Part shown: positions 44,099-58,897 of the stretch, piece after piece
How positions within the stretch are numbered: position 1 is the first letter of the stretch
Layout: each line of letters begins with the position of its first letter
Source of the DNA: the human T2T-CHM13v2.0 reference genome, Homo sapiens
Length of the DNA: 64,000 bases
Direction: 5' to 3' (one strand)
Assembly: GCF_009914755.1 (NCBI RefSeq)
Contig: NC_060939.1
The notes under the pieces: generated by a model
Seen by the model: the letters and a program-made list of their open reading frames with translations, nothing else
Told to the model about the DNA's origin: nothing
Database searches by the model: none
Position numbers and translations under genes: made by a program

Positions 44099-45670
44099 AT
44101 GTAACAAATTTAAAATACAATTCTTTGAATTCTTCCTGTGTATTTGTTGCACGCAAAGTAACAATCTTTCGCATCTATTTTAGAGCTAGTTAAATATAGC
44201 TAGTTTTAGAGGAATAGCCACATGGGGGTAAAAACTCCTTATTCTCCAGTGATTATCTGGAAAGAACTCTCAGAAGTATTAAGATAAAAAAACAGAAAGT
44301 TCATAAGTAGCAATTAATTAGCTACTACTTATTGTCAGAGAGCAGTTAAAGCTTCCAACTCATAGCCAGGCTGATTATTAAAGAGCTATATGATTAGAGT
44401 AATTGAAACTGTGCAGGTGAAATGGAAAGTTAGTGGCCTCCAAAAGTCATGAAAAACCAACACTGAACTTACACTAACTATGGAAGAATAGCAGTACGAT
44501 CCCAAGGGGTGTGTATTTCTTTGAACCATTGTTTTAACTGGCTAGAGGAATTTTGTGTTTAGAATTTTATTATCTTATCATTTTGGGTTGGAAATTTTTG
44601 TTCTATAGCCGCAATGCAGACCAGCCTGCAATGCCACCACCGTTTCTATCCTTGCTTGTCTGCTTTGGTACCTTTTTCCCTTGGACTTTCCAGAGGGTAG
44701 AACAGAGGGCAGCCCGGTGTTAGAGCCCTGATAATGGGAGGGAAAATGTTCCAAATATTCTAAATGGGGCAACTGTTTCTACACTTGGGTCAGCTGGAAG
44801 ACTCTTCCAGCTTCATAGTGTATTTGTTGGCTTGCTTGCTTTCTGTTTGTCATTCTCAGATTCTCCACAAATATTCATCCTGCGTTTCCAACCCCCATGT
44901 TTTCTCTCGCTCAACACAGGCTCATATTTGAACCAGAAGGTCATCTAGTACAAATTTCTCACATGCTTGATGAGGAGCCTGAGGTGTGAGTAGGGTGGCG
45001 GCTCTCAGGTTACAGAAAGGGGTGGCTGTCCAGTGGAGCTGTGTCCCAGCACTGCTCATGGTGGCCCAGTAATACTTGCAAGCCAGTGTTCTGTGACCAT
45101 CCAACTCCCAACATCTGCTTTTCATTTCCTTCCTCCATCCCTATAAACATCCCCTACACCCAGAAATGCACCCCGCTATGTGTGCGCACACACATACACA
45201 CTCACACTCTCTCTCTCTGTTTTCTTCTTTCTGCAAATCCCCTTCCCTTCCCATCTTGGCAAGCTGCCAAAAGTATGAAAAATTAGGCAAGTTGAACCTT
45301 TAAAAAATCCTTTATTTTAGAATAAACCCAAAGGAAACCTCAGCTGTCCAACTTTCACTAACTAAATTATGCAGTGTTTCCTTCTGTTCCTTCATCTTGA
45401 TTTATTTTTGTGGGTTAAGCCTTTGACCGGGGGGGAAACAGGTTTGTTTGTTACACTCCAGAGGAGAAAGAACTTGAAGGAGGAAAGAGAAAACAAAAGG
45501 AAAGGTGAGCCGAAGGATTAAATAACGAATCAAGGGAACACGAAATACAAATCTGGACATGCCCACATGTACTTTTCCATTTAGAAACAGACCCAATAAA
45601 CAAGTGGTGCGTTTACCCATTTTTTCGAGACTAAAGCCCTTGCTTAGTAGTCCCCGAAGTTAGCGTTAGC

Positions 45671-45685
45671 CTGCCCTCTAGTGGT
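45671..45685 (-). promoter_or_regulatory. Candidate CTCF site
   Basis: ctgccctctagtggt (CCACTAGAGGGCAG on minus strand) in a CpG-retaining patch. Confidence 0.55.
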
Positions 45686-46184
45686 GCCTGAAAACGTGTG
45701 CTAGACTGTGGTGCCCAATGCAGAGCTTTGCTTGTCCCAGAGATAGACGCTTGAAAACCTCAAGATTAGAAGGAACGCTTCAGCAGCTTTCCAGTAAATA
45801 CAGTAGGTGGAGACAAACACTGGAAAACTGCAACCTAGGCAACATTGCTTTCGTTTGACTCTTAGAAGATTGCTAGGCACCCAGAGTTATTGAAACTTGG
45901 GTTGACCATAATTTGTCATGCTTAATATTTCCTGCTTTTAAAAAATTGTTAAAAATGTTAATATATGGAGATTTTAAACACATTCAGTTTATAAATCCGT
46001 TGGCGCTTCATGCCATTAATTATCTTAAATACCCACCAAAAGCAGAAATTTGGGTGGTGGTATGGAGGTGCAAAGGTTAATAAGACACAGACCCTGTCCT
46101 TAAAACTTACTCTCTGTTTGGAAGAGAAGATCTATTTGAATGTAATTACAATACATGGCAGTGGTATAACAAAGAGACAGTTTA

Positions 46185-46256
46185 AATATATATATATGTT
46201 TAAATATATATATATATATATGTATACACACACACACACATACACACACGCACACA
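46185..46256. repeat. (TA)n(CA)n microsatellite
   Basis: Directly visible. Confidence 0.95.
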
Positions 46257-47929
46257 AAACTGTGCTAGGTATGCCCACATCTTACTTATTTACCACAACT
46301 ATATCTTTTTACATAAGAAGAAAGGGAGGTTCAAAAAGATTAAGTAATGTATCTTAGTTCAGATAGCAAAGAAATAGCAAAATTAGAATTCAGGTATTTT
46401 GATTTTACTTTCATTTCAATTAACTTCAACAGAGCTTTATTGAGAATCTACCATGTACCAGGCACTATGCTACATGCTGAACATGCAAATATAGGAAATA
46501 CCACTGGCCTCACGGTTATAGTCTTGTAGGGGACTGGGCTATGCAGAAACAAGCTGTATTGTGATATATGCAATAATGCAAGTTTGTACATATTACCTTC
46601 TGAGCAAAGCAGCAAAGACTGTTCTTTTTCCATAAGTTGTTGACTTTCTGTCATGTGACCCTGGTAAGTAACCATGATCGAACTGATCAAGAATCTGTAA
46701 CTTGGTCAAAGGTAACCACAAAATTGTAAAAACTACAGGATACATAAATATTTTTGGGGTTTCATTATTACAGATGACGTTGAGGAGAGAAAAGTTTTAC
46801 ATTTTTACAATCTTAGGTTTACCAATGGGCCCTGGGAGGTCTAATAGCAGAATTCTGCCCAATAGTGGAGGCAACTCACTGACCCAACCAGTGAGAGCAC
46901 AGGTAGTTTCCACTGTGAGAAACTCAACTACAGAACCAGAGTAGAATTAGAAAGAAACAAAAGTGGAGGTAACAGCTGAACTAGTGAGAAGCGGAAGCAC
47001 AGAGAGGTGAAGGAGAGAAGTGGAATTGTGAGTACGGCACCGTCAGGAGTCAGGGGCCAAAGGTCCCTCTTCTCAAGGGGGCATTACCATTACTGACTCA
47101 AAGGGGAGCCCTTACTGACATCCCAGGGCTCTGGGAGGCTGGACTACAACCTGCCTAGTGTCATACCTGTGCTTCCTTATTGCCTTAAGTATCTTTCCAA
47201 TCACCCACAACACCAGAGGTCACCCGAGAATACTTGATCTTTGCAACAGAAAGTGTAACTCCTGCAGCACCAAAGTGGTGCGGAGGAGAGTGAGGAAGTG
47301 TGGTTGGAAGGGTGGATGCAGCAGGGGCTTTACCAGGAGGCAATGCCAAAGCAGAGTTCTGAGCTATAATGAGGGGTTCGCAAGGAAGACAGAGGGGTTT
47401 GCAAGGAAGGAGCTGCAACGAGGAGTTTGCAAAGAAGACAGAGGAAGGTACCTCAATAATTCTGTGTTTATTCCAGTACTGGACATAACCCATGGCAAAC
47501 CTTAATTTCCAGGATCTCCTTTGTGTAATGACACCAGAAATCCTTTCTTCAGGAACCCTGGCTTTGAGAGAGTGGCATGAGAAAGGAGAATTTTCTCTTT
47601 TATGGAGGGTGTAAGTCCTGAAGCTTGATGTGCTGACCTTATTGTGTGTCCTTAAATATTGGCATATTCTTCTCAATTGGGATATGGGGATGCAGCACTG
47701 GGGCCAGGGGATTGTGCAAAACTAAGGATACATAGAGAAAAATCTTTATGGGGTGTCATCATTACAGGTGATGTGAAGAGAGAAAAGTTTTAACTTTTTA
47801 CAATCTTGAAAGGTGTTGTCCTGTATGATCAGTATAAACCTACTTTTTTGTGTTGGGTTAATTTTTTTCCCACTCATTTGCATAAAATCCAGGGTTCTCT
47901 ATGATCCCAGCATAAAATCACATTTAAAG

Positions 47930-48690
47930 AAACACACTCTTTTGTTTATCCATTCATCTTTTAATGAGCATTTGGGTTGGTTTCAGCTCTTGGCTATTGT
48001 GAATAGTGCTGCTATGAACACACATGTACCAATATCTCTTCAAGATACTGCTTTCAATTCTTTTTTGGATATATGCCCAGAAATGGGATTGCTGGATGTA
48101 TTAGTCCATTCTCACAATCCTATAAAGAACTACCTGAGACTGGGTAATTTATGAAGAAAAGTGGTTTAATTGACTCACAGTTTCTGCAGGCTGTACAGGA
48201 AACATGACTGGGAGGCCTCAGGAAACTTACAATCACAGCAGAAGGTGAAGGGGAAGCAGGCATATCTTCACATGGTGGCAGGAGAGAGAGACAGAGTGAA
48301 GGAGGATGTGCTACACACTTTTAAAAACCAGATCTCATGAGAACTCTGTCATGAGACAATACTAGAGGGATGATGCAAAACCATTAGAAACCACCCCCGT
48401 GATCCAATCACCTCCTGCCAGGCCCCACTTTCAACACGTGGGGATTACAATTCCACATGAGATTTGGGTGGGGACACAGAGCCAAACCATATCACTAGAT
48501 TATACAGTAATCCTAGCTTTAATTTTTTGAGGAACCTCCATATTGTTTTCCATAATGGCAGGATCATTTTACATTCCACCAACAGTGCACAAGGGCTCTA
48601 ATTTCTCCACCTTGGTGCTAACCCTTGCTATTTTCTGTTTTCTTTTTAAATAGTGGCCATCATAATGGGTGTGAGGTGACATGTAGATTG
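47930..48690 (-). mobile_element. Old L1M fragment interrupted by an MSTA LTR
   Basis: tttgtttatccattcatc...atatgcccagaaatgggattgctgga // ttttttgaggaacctccatattgttttcc. Confidence 0.85.
48097..48494 (-). mobile_element. MSTA solo LTR (MaLR)
   Basis: tgtattagtcc...ccaaaccatatca; TSD CTGGA/CTAGA. Confidence 0.9.
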
Positions 48691-50339
48691 ACTTTAAAGT
48701 ACAAACCCCCTTTGAAATGGTAAGGGGATCTCTGAACTTTCATGCCTTCTGGTAAACTTTGATTTTATCAACCAGCTGAAATCATTCACTGAAGTACATG
48801 TTATTTTGATCTAGACAAGTTGTTAGGATCCTGGAAAGAGATCTTAGATTTCTTTAAACTTGGTAAATGTAAAACTGGAAGCCCCAAGAGTGGGGGCTAC
48901 CTGAGAAGTCCCATATCAGGTACTTCTCTCTCAGTTGTTTTGACCCTGAGGACATTTTTTATTGAATGAAAACAAACATTTTCATCAGAATTATTCCAAC
49001 ATTTCTGGAAATATTATCAAGAAATTATTTTCTAGAAGCAACTGTCTTGAATTAATGTAATTCTTTGATCAAATTTCTTCCTGTGCCATTAAATAATTTT
49101 CAGTATTTTTATTTTACTGAAATAATTTAGACTTTATTCAGTGATCCCATTTTATGTCCGTATTAAATCTTTCCAACTTTTCCAATCAGCAATTTTGAGG
49201 TTTCTTTTGTAGTCATTTTCTACCAAACCTAATTTTCCTGGGCTAGATTTTGCAGGTATAATTTTTGACAAGAAGATTTGATTCTTTTGTCAATCTTTAA
49301 CGTCAATTACAAATTTTTCTGTGTAAAGCTTTCACCTTTGTCAGTTTTATTTTGTGTTATTTGCATAAAGTGCAATTTTAAGAGTTCACTTTTGTAGTTT
49401 TGAGACTTACCAACACAATGAGATTCTTCAGTCAGTTTTTTGTCAATATCAAAGTTAACATATATCATTTTAGTTATTATCAGTTTGATCCTGTGTAGAT
49501 TCTTTTTACATCTACTTTTTTTTTCTAGTGACCCGTTGAAAATATACTTGATATAAAAATATCAAGGCCATAACATCATGTTTTCATCCAAAGCTACTCT
49601 GTTTAAAAATATTTAAAAAGTAGAATCGACCTTTTTAGAGGCATGGGCTTCACAGGTAAATCCTTAATCTAGAAGTGACAAGTTCTGGGTGTTTGTCTTT
49701 GTTCTGCACTCATCACCCCTGTGTCTACAGTCTGGTAGTCCTCATCTAAAAGTGAAGTGATTGAAGTGTGTGATTTCTAAATCCCCTTGCAACTCTGACT
49801 TAAATTTCTATCTGTAGGAATCTATTCCTATCTGCAGGTTGAGCTAATTGATCATTGCTTTGCTTCATATTTGATTCACTCCTCCCTAACCCTAACCCTA
49901 ATCCTCCTGACAACCAGCCTGTCTGCACTTGCTCAGACCTGGGTAGGAGCCTCTGATGTTCCCTACACAGATTTGCATGTTGTTCTTAGAGTCTTGGCTT
50001 CTGATCTGCTCCAGAGCGCCACTGCTCTCAGGCTTTCTGAGCTCAACCCATATCCTTTCTGATTGAGCACCGACCAGCTGGGCTCAGAGCAGCCTGCCTC
50101 CACCCTGCCTTCATCTGCCTGGAAGCTACGAGGTTATCAGGGACCATGCTGAGCCTTGTCTTTCCCCATCCCCACTCCTCAGCCTAACTCCTATCACCTC
50201 TCTTTGTGGGTTAGGCATGAAGGGACAATCGTGGGGTTATGTGGATGTAGTTTAGGGTAGACCAATCTTAAAGGCAGCAGAGTTAGGACAGATCCCAAGG
50301 CCATTGTAGGCAGGAAGGGGAGATAGGATAGACCACATC

Positions 50340-50800
50340 ATTTAAGGAATCATTTCAGGATCCCAGGAGGAATGTGTTGGGCCATTTGCACTAGAACAAT
50401 TGGAGGGAGGTTTAGTGAAGGGACTGTTTACAAATGATGAGCAGTGTTTATGGAGTCCAAAAAGGACAGTGTAGCACCACTGAGTTCAGTTATGACTCCT
50501 CACCAGAAATGATATGAGGAGGGATCAGTTACTGGAACCTGGGTGGAGAGAATCACATAGAGATGACTGCAAGACAATACTTCAGGGATCAAGCCAGAGG
50601 CATAAATACCCCAGCCTCCACTCCTTCTCCCTCCCTCTTATCTCCTATTAAGGACCTCTAATTGGCAGAACCCAACTGGAGGTCAAAGGGCAAGGGAGTC
50701 CATTGATGAAACTCATACAGTTCAGTGTCCCCAGCAAGAGAGTAGGATGAGAAGGGTGGAGAGTGACCTCAGCAGTGGGGAGGAGAGGGTAACAGGCACA
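50340..50800. mobile_element. Old MaLR LTR (MLT1K/L-like)
   Basis: tttagtgaagggactgtttacaaa...attggcagaacccaactggaggtcaaagggcaagggagtccattga. Confidence 0.55.
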
Positions 50801-53319
50801 GGCTGCTCCTCTAGCTTGTTCATGTACATCCCAGTAAAATCAAGTGGAGAAGATCATCCAGAGAAGACTGGGAGGAAAAGGGTTAGCATGCTTGCATCAC
50901 CTTGGGTGAGGAATGAGTTAAATGCAGTGACCTTTGTGAATTTCAGCTGATGTCATTGTATAAGTCATGTATTTCCCTGGCAGCTGCTGTCTAAGGCATG
51001 GCCTTCATCTTGAATTGGTTCTGGGTCAACAGAAGCCTAGGCTGGGTTGATTAGCTCACTTCACTCTTCCCTGAGAGGCCTCGGAGGAGCTGGCCACAGT
51101 GGGAGCTTTGGGAGGGTAGGATCAATGCCTTTGGATATCTGGGTGGGGTAGAGGGAGCTTTAAGTATAGAGAAAGGGGGAGGGGAGAGAGTGTTGAAAGG
51201 GTGCTGATGGCACATCTGGACAAGGGGCAGACCTGGGCCTACTTAAGATGGCATTGCATTGGGCTCAGGGTTTATAGAGCATAGAATATGCTTTACATGG
51301 AATGATGCCACCTCCAATGCCTGAGATGCACTGTATAGACTGAGATGCTGCTGGAACTGTGGTGGGGGTGGGCAAGAGGGGTGGTTGGGGAGGCAGTGGG
51401 CATAATCTCCCTTCAGAGTCCTGTAGCACAGAGTTCTGCCACAGAACACCACTGTTCTGCTTTAAACACCATTGCAAATGGTTAGCATTCACCTTAGCTG
51501 AATTTGTAGAGAGGGAGAGGAAAGAGGGAAAAGAGGAGAAAAAGAGAGAATGTATTTGTCCAGCTCAATGCATATGGATGAGTTGGTTCTGGTGCTCCTA
51601 TTTAATCAAACGATTCATATTTGTGGATGGGTGGGGCAGCAGGAGCAGAGTAGGCTGTGGGCTGAGCAAATACTTAGAAGCATGTCTGTTACAATCATGC
51701 TTTGCTTCTGGTCAGTGGCACAATATATATATTTAACACATTCTCTTGGGAATATTAAAATCCAATATAATATAAGCCAGTGGCAAGTAGTCTTTCTTTT
51801 ATTATATCCATTGGGCAACGGGTTGGTCAGCAGAGGGAAGAGAGATCAGAAAGCAGAAAGCTGGATGGAGGAATGACCTCCTCTCACTAACTCCAAAGTG
51901 TTGCATCTACCTTGACCAGAATCCATGGCTTCTAAAAGAATTCATTGGAAGAAAGAAATAGGGAGGTGAAAAGAAAGGAGAGAATGGAGACGAGAGAAAT
52001 ATAAGCAAGAAAAGTGAGTTTTTCTAGAAAGAATTTTATTGTCAAATAATTCTGCAAGGGAACAAAGTCTTCTGAGAAGCATGAAGCATAATCTTTCTCC
52101 TTTCTGTTTTTTTCTATTCCCTATAGAAAAAACCTGTTAATTTTGTATTAAAAACAAAATACATTTCTTTTTTTTGAGTGCTCTATAATTGTATAGGAAT
52201 GTGTATCACTTCCTCCCCATAATTTTGAGAACATTTCTGAAGACAGTGACATATTCTGACTCTTTAAGAACAAAACAATTCAATTTTAAAATCACTGAGT
52301 GACAGCAATCAAAGTTCTGAAGTGATGCAGTTCGCCTCAACACTTGTTCGAAATGTCATTAGAAAACCAACATATAGCGGGTTGTTATGGCAACTGGAAT
52401 ACCAGAGTTTATAACATCACTGTAATTAATGTTATCCAAATGTTATTAATCTTTCAACATCACTCACATTCTCTGAAGGAACGGCAGTTCTGGTTGTCTT
52501 AGGATTTTTCAATAGTGTAATCCATTGCAGCTTTTCTTCACGTTTTATTTTTAAATAGATCTTACTCTGACTTTGCTTTAGTGAAATTAGTTATTGTTTC
52601 TCCGTCTTTACTTGTTCTATTTTGGCTGCTATTTTTTTTTTGATAAAACTTGAAGTAAAATGGAAAAAAAGGGATTACAGCTAAAAAAAGAATAAAGTCT
52701 AGAGATGGAAAGATTTATATATTTAAGTATGGAGAACCTCAGAAAAATATTAAAATATTTTGCATACAGCTTTGTAGTATTAACTCACATTTGCATAGCA
52801 CTTTATAATTTAAGAAGCAGTTTTACATATGTTATTAACATAACATTATTTAACATAACAACCCTAAGAAGACAAGTAATAATTTTTGAGTGCCTACTAC
52901 GTGACAGGTAATATGATTTGCATACATAAATCTTTTAGTTCTCACCGCAATCTGCAAGATAGCTGTTGTGGTTTAAAAATATGTCTCCATGGTTCAACAA
53001 CAAATCAACAAATTACCTGATTTAAAAACAGGCAAATGTGGCCAATGAGCATATGAAAAGACACTAAATATCACTAATTATTAGATAAATGCAAATCAAA
53101 ACCACAATGAGATATCACCTGAAAACAATTTAGTGGCTACTACGAAGAAACAGAAAATAATAAATAGTGGCAAGGATGAAATGTTAAAATGCCAGATACA
53201 CCAAATCATGCAAACACAACATCAAAACACAGCTTGGTGGAGATGGAGGGACAGATGGGGAGGGGAAGAGTGTGGAAAGGCTGGAAAACAGTCCCAAACA
53301 GACACACGTCTCCATGTGA

Positions 53320-53752
<433 letters not shown>

Positions 53753-56249
53753 AGAACACATTTCCTTTTAATGGAAACAGTAATTCTCTGTGGCCGCCCA
53801 GCCAGCCCACATTCCTCCACCAGGCCACCACCGCCTCTGAGGAAGCTGGACTGTGCGGCACACGCGGAGGTCATTGCTTACTTAGATGGCAGTGAACCAT
53901 CCACGCTGGGGAAGCATCACTCCTCCCTAGACCTGGCAGCATCCTCCCCGGTTCCTTTTTCTTGCTGAAATATTTCTCCAAGAGTGTTTCTGGGGTTGAC
54001 TCTCAAGGGGGCTGATAGGACTGAGGATGGCTTCCTGCGTGCCCATATTTCATGGCGGTGAGCAGGACACAGCCCTGGGTTCCAGGGTCCTTTCCTCTCG
54101 CGTCTGAAGCTGTCACTCCCTTTCTTCTTGCATCCGTTGTCTGTGCCGCGATTCTAATGTCAGCACCACTCCCGTTCCTGTGCGGGTTACCTGCTTTTTC
54201 TCTTTGGAAGTTTTTAGCAATTTTGACTCAAAATGTAGATGCTTTTCTTTGAAAGTACACATAAGATTTTAACTTTAAAATGTAATTAACACTCTGCAGG
54301 CCCTTTCAGTTTGAGGATGTGCATCTTTTCTTAATTGGGGAAATTTCCTAATCATTTTTCAGATACTTCCTCTTATCTATTCATTTTTCCTCTTTTAAGC
54401 ACTGAATATTTTTCCTCCCTCACCTCTGCCTCCTCAACCCCTTCAGCTCCTTCTAGAAGAGCTCAGAGCCTGACCTGCCTCACTCATTCATTTTCTGGTC
54501 TCCAACCTTCCCACCAAGTTCATCACTTAAGCGCCCGCATGTTCCAGTCCAGTATTCCCGGCTGCATCTTCTGCATAACTGCCAATTCCAGCCGCGCTCT
54601 CCCTGCGTCCTGAGGGTATGTGACGGATTTACCGGTCTTATCCGCTCATCTGCTCCCTCCTCCAAGGAAAAACCTTGGGGTTTTTCCCTCCCGGAGTTCA
54701 CTCCCCTCGCTGTCTCGTTTCCTCAGGCCGCTCTCTGTTCCCTGGGTATGGTCAACTGCCTTCGTCTTAGGCCCCAGTTGACACCTTCCTTGTGGGCTTC
54801 AGGGAGGCAGGCAGGGGCTCCTGGGGGCAGAGCCTCTGGCAGGATGACTGGGGCCCTCTTTGCTCATCCCCGGGGGCTGCTCTGGTCTGCAGGGAACGCC
54901 CCTGTCCTTCTAGCTGGTGCTGTCTGTCCAGGGCTGCCCTGTGCTGTAATTGGCTGTCCTTGGGCTGGGGAGGAAGGCTGCCCAGGGGCCACCAGCCAGC
55001 CTGCCCAGGTGTCGTGGCCCTCACTCCAGGAGGCTCCTGAGGTGCTCTGGCCTTGCCTAGATTCCTGGGGCTGGTACGGGTGGGATCTTCTACAGGAAAG
55101 CAGGGCTGGCAGATGACAGCCCCAGGTGGGCCCCGGAGCAGAGAGCTGCAGTCTGGCCCCGGTTGTGCTGTGTGGCCTCCTCCACTCAGACTGTGATTCC
55201 CCTCCTGTCCCAGACTCCACCACGTTTGCCCAGCCTCCGCAAGGCTCTCAGGGGTCCTCTTAGGTTCTGGGCTCCATCAACTGTCATCCCTTTGATGGCA
55301 TCTCCAAGGTTTGGATTCGTGGGAAGGAGCCAGCAGCCTGTATTAATTAATCCCCTCATAAAGGAACCAAAAGCCAAATTTACAAACAAAAATCATAACA
55401 TTAGATGCTGTCAGGGGCAGAGGAAATGGAGACGTGGAAAGCTGCTGGTGGGCGTGTGAACTGTCACACCCTCCCGAGGACCTCGTGGCAACTCGTTCCA
55501 AATGCCTGGAGAGTGGACCCCGGCATTCTATGACGAGGTGGCATCTGCCCTCTAAATACAACTAGACACCCTGGAAAAAATTTAACAGACATAAGAGGAC
55601 TCTAGGAAGTGTAGAGGAAGAAAGGCTGTCCAGGAACCTCGGGACTTTGGGGGTGACGCTGTACAAGGCCCTGAGTTTTCTTTTTCTCTCATCTCCTGGA
55701 TGGGCCCAGAGAACCCTGCAACCCGTAACTGCCAAAACCTGCAGGGACAAAAAAGAAAAGAAAACGAGCCTATTTTCTCTGGTGAAAGGACTGAGAAGGG
55801 TATCTCACTGAAGACCCAGTGAGGAGATTCCTACTGATCCATGCCACAGCAGCTCCGCTCAAGCCTGGCCCTCAGCATCACACCCAGGCCACAAAGGCTC
55901 TGCTGACCACGGCGCAGAGAGCACACCCAGAACCCGGCGTTTCCTTAACCTACCCCCACCGCACAGGGCAACCCCAGCAACATGCACAGGGATTGAACCA
56001 GAGCCCCAGCAGATCCAGAAGAACAAACGAGACCAGAATAGCACTGGGAGGGCTTTGAAAACTAAATTGTCATTGACTCTACATTTCCCCTAAAGCAGGC
56101 TGGGGCCTATATGGTAAACCAAATAAGGGTACCATGGACTGAACTGGAATGTTCAAATAGGATAAAAAGTTTCCTTACATAATAACCGAAATCTCCAGAA
56201 CATATTTGAAATTATTTGTCATATCAGGAAACATAAAAAGCAACTTGAA

Positions 56250-56572
56250 GCCTGGTGAGGGGGCTCCCACCTGTAATCCCAGCACTTTGGAAGGTCAATC
56301 AGGAGGATGGCTTGAGCCCGGGAGTTTGAGATCTGCCTGGGCAACACAGCATGACCCTGTCTCTACAAACAATTTAAAAATTAGCCAGCTGTGGTGGCAC
56401 ACACCTGTGGTGGCACACACCTGTGGTGCCAGCTACTTAGGAGGCTGAAGCAGGAGGACTGCTTGAGCCCGGCAGTTTGAGGCTGCAGTGAGCCGAGATC
56501 ATGCTACTGCACACCAGTCTGAGCATCAGAGTAAGACTCTGTCTCAAAAACATAACAGAGCAAAACAAAAAA
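56250..56572 (+). mobile_element. AluJ with an internal 16 bp tandem duplication
   Basis: tgtggtggcacacacc repeated twice. Confidence 0.85.
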
Positions 56573-57817
56573 CAACTTAAATAGCAAAATAAGATTAACC
56601 AAGATAAATCAGATGTTAGAACTTTAAAGCAGCCATCATAAAAGTGCTTCAGAAAACAATGGTGAATTTTCTTGAAACAAGAACAAAATGAAAATCATAC
56701 AACTGAAAAATACAATAACTAAATGAAAAAATGTGCAGTTGGGTACAATAGCAGAGTGGAGACGACAGAGAACAGAGTCTCTTGATTCAAGGACAATTAA
56801 TAGAGCTGGCCCATAGGAACGATGGAGAGATAGGAGACTGAGAAATGAACGCCTCCTCGGGGATGGGTGGGACAGTGACAAAAGGCCCAGCGTTCCTGTC
56901 ACCAGAGTCCCAGGAGGAGAGGAAGGAATGTGTGGTGAAAAAGTATTCAAAGGCACAGTGGTTGAAGATGTCCCAAATTTGGTGAAAGAAGTAAACCTGC
57001 AGATTCAAGAATCTGAGCAAACCCCAAATAGGATAAACACATCATAACGGAACTTCAGGAGAGGAAAGATGAAGAAAAAAATCTTTTAAACCACCAGAGA
57101 AAAACGATGCATTAAGGGACGCTGGTTCTGAGGATGGTGGGCTTCTCTAAAACCACGAGGCAGAGGGGGCGACACACCATCACCAGGTGCTGAGAAAAAC
57201 TGTCTGCCCAGAACCCTATTCAGTGAACATATCCTTCAGGGATGAGGGGGAAATAAAGATATTCTAAGAGGAAGGACAACTAGGATAATTTGTTACCAGA
57301 AAACCTACCCTTAATAAATGGCTGAAGGAAGCTCTACTAACGAAAAGGAAATAAGGAAATCAGAAATAGCAACAACAGAAGGGGTAATCATATGGTAAGT
57401 ATAATAGACTATGATGAGTTTCTTAAATTGTATTTTATGGTTGAAGCAAAAAATATTAACATCATCTGCTGCGGTGCTCTACATCTGAACAGGAAATATT
57501 TATGATAATTACATGTTTAAGTGGGGGAGGAAAAGGGGAAGTAAATAAAAGTAAGCTTTTGATATTTCTCATGAAGTGGTGAAACATTGATGCCAGCAGG
57601 CTGTGATAAGTTACGTGGGTATATTATAATCAATCCTAGAGCAGCCACTTACAAAACGATACAAAGCAATGCACCCAAAAGTATAAATAATTCAAAATGA
57701 AATGCTAAAAACTGTTTAAGTAATCCATGACAAGTGAAACAAAACAGAATAAAGGAAACATAAGAAACATGCAGAAAGCAAATAAAAATGGCACATTTGA
57801 ATCCTAAATATGATTTC

Positions 57818-58430
57818 TGTGTGGTAAAGAATTTGGCCTAGCCCAAAGAAGAGGTCTAGCCTTTGTCCTGGCTCCTGGCAAGTAGTCCTGAAGACCATGT
57901 GACAGGAGGGTCTTTGCTATTCATGGTGGGTCCCTCAGACTATACCTGAAGTTTATGCTACCAGCTGGCTCATGGTGGGCCCTCCCAGGAATGTGCTGTC
58001 AGCCCCAGATTCCGGGAAAGGGAGAGATGAAGACAGAGTTCCAACCAGTCTCCAACAGATCAGTCAATTATGGCTGCACAATGCAGTTCCAGGAAACACT
58101 CCGGACACCAAGGCTTGGGTGAGGTTCCTAGGTTGGCAGTGCTTCATGGTATTGTCACACGTGGATGCTGGGAGAGTAATGCACCTGAGGACAACAGAGG
58201 CTTCACAGACCCTCCTAGCCCTGCCCTCTGTGCTGGTTCTGATTTGTATCCTTTCCCTGCAGTAAACAGTAACCATGTGTACAGCAGTTTTCAATGACTT
58301 CTGTGAGTTCTTCCAGCAAATGATTGAAACTTAGGGTGCTTTGGAAACCTCTAAAACTTGCTGTTCGTGTCAGGAATGAGGGAAATTTTAGGAACCATGC
58401 CCTCAGACTTTGCAGTTTGGTTAAATCTGG
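57818..58430 (+). mobile_element. MER21C-like LTR
   Basis: tgtggtaaagaatttggcctagcccaaagaagaggtctagcctttg...ttctgtgagttcttccagcaaatgattgaaac. Confidence 0.75.
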
Positions 58431-58554
58431 GAAAAACACAGAAATAGCAGAGTAAATGCAAAAATATGACCCATTATATGATGTCCATAAGATATTCAGT
58501 TCTAATACCATGGCATAGGTATTTAACAGATTCGAAGTGAAAGAACAGAAAAAA

Positions 58555-58897
<343 letters not shown>

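Noticed and set aside
48900-49620. AT-rich stretch that might be a decayed transposase or exon set
   Set aside because: No ORF in the track and no motif I could recognise; it needs a Dfam or tblastx search.
53760-56050. Dense overlapping ORFs and GC-rich DNA suggesting a gene or promoter
   Set aside because: No recognisable protein. ORF density follows from GC content, parts resemble decayed L1M, and CpGs are too scattered for a clear island.
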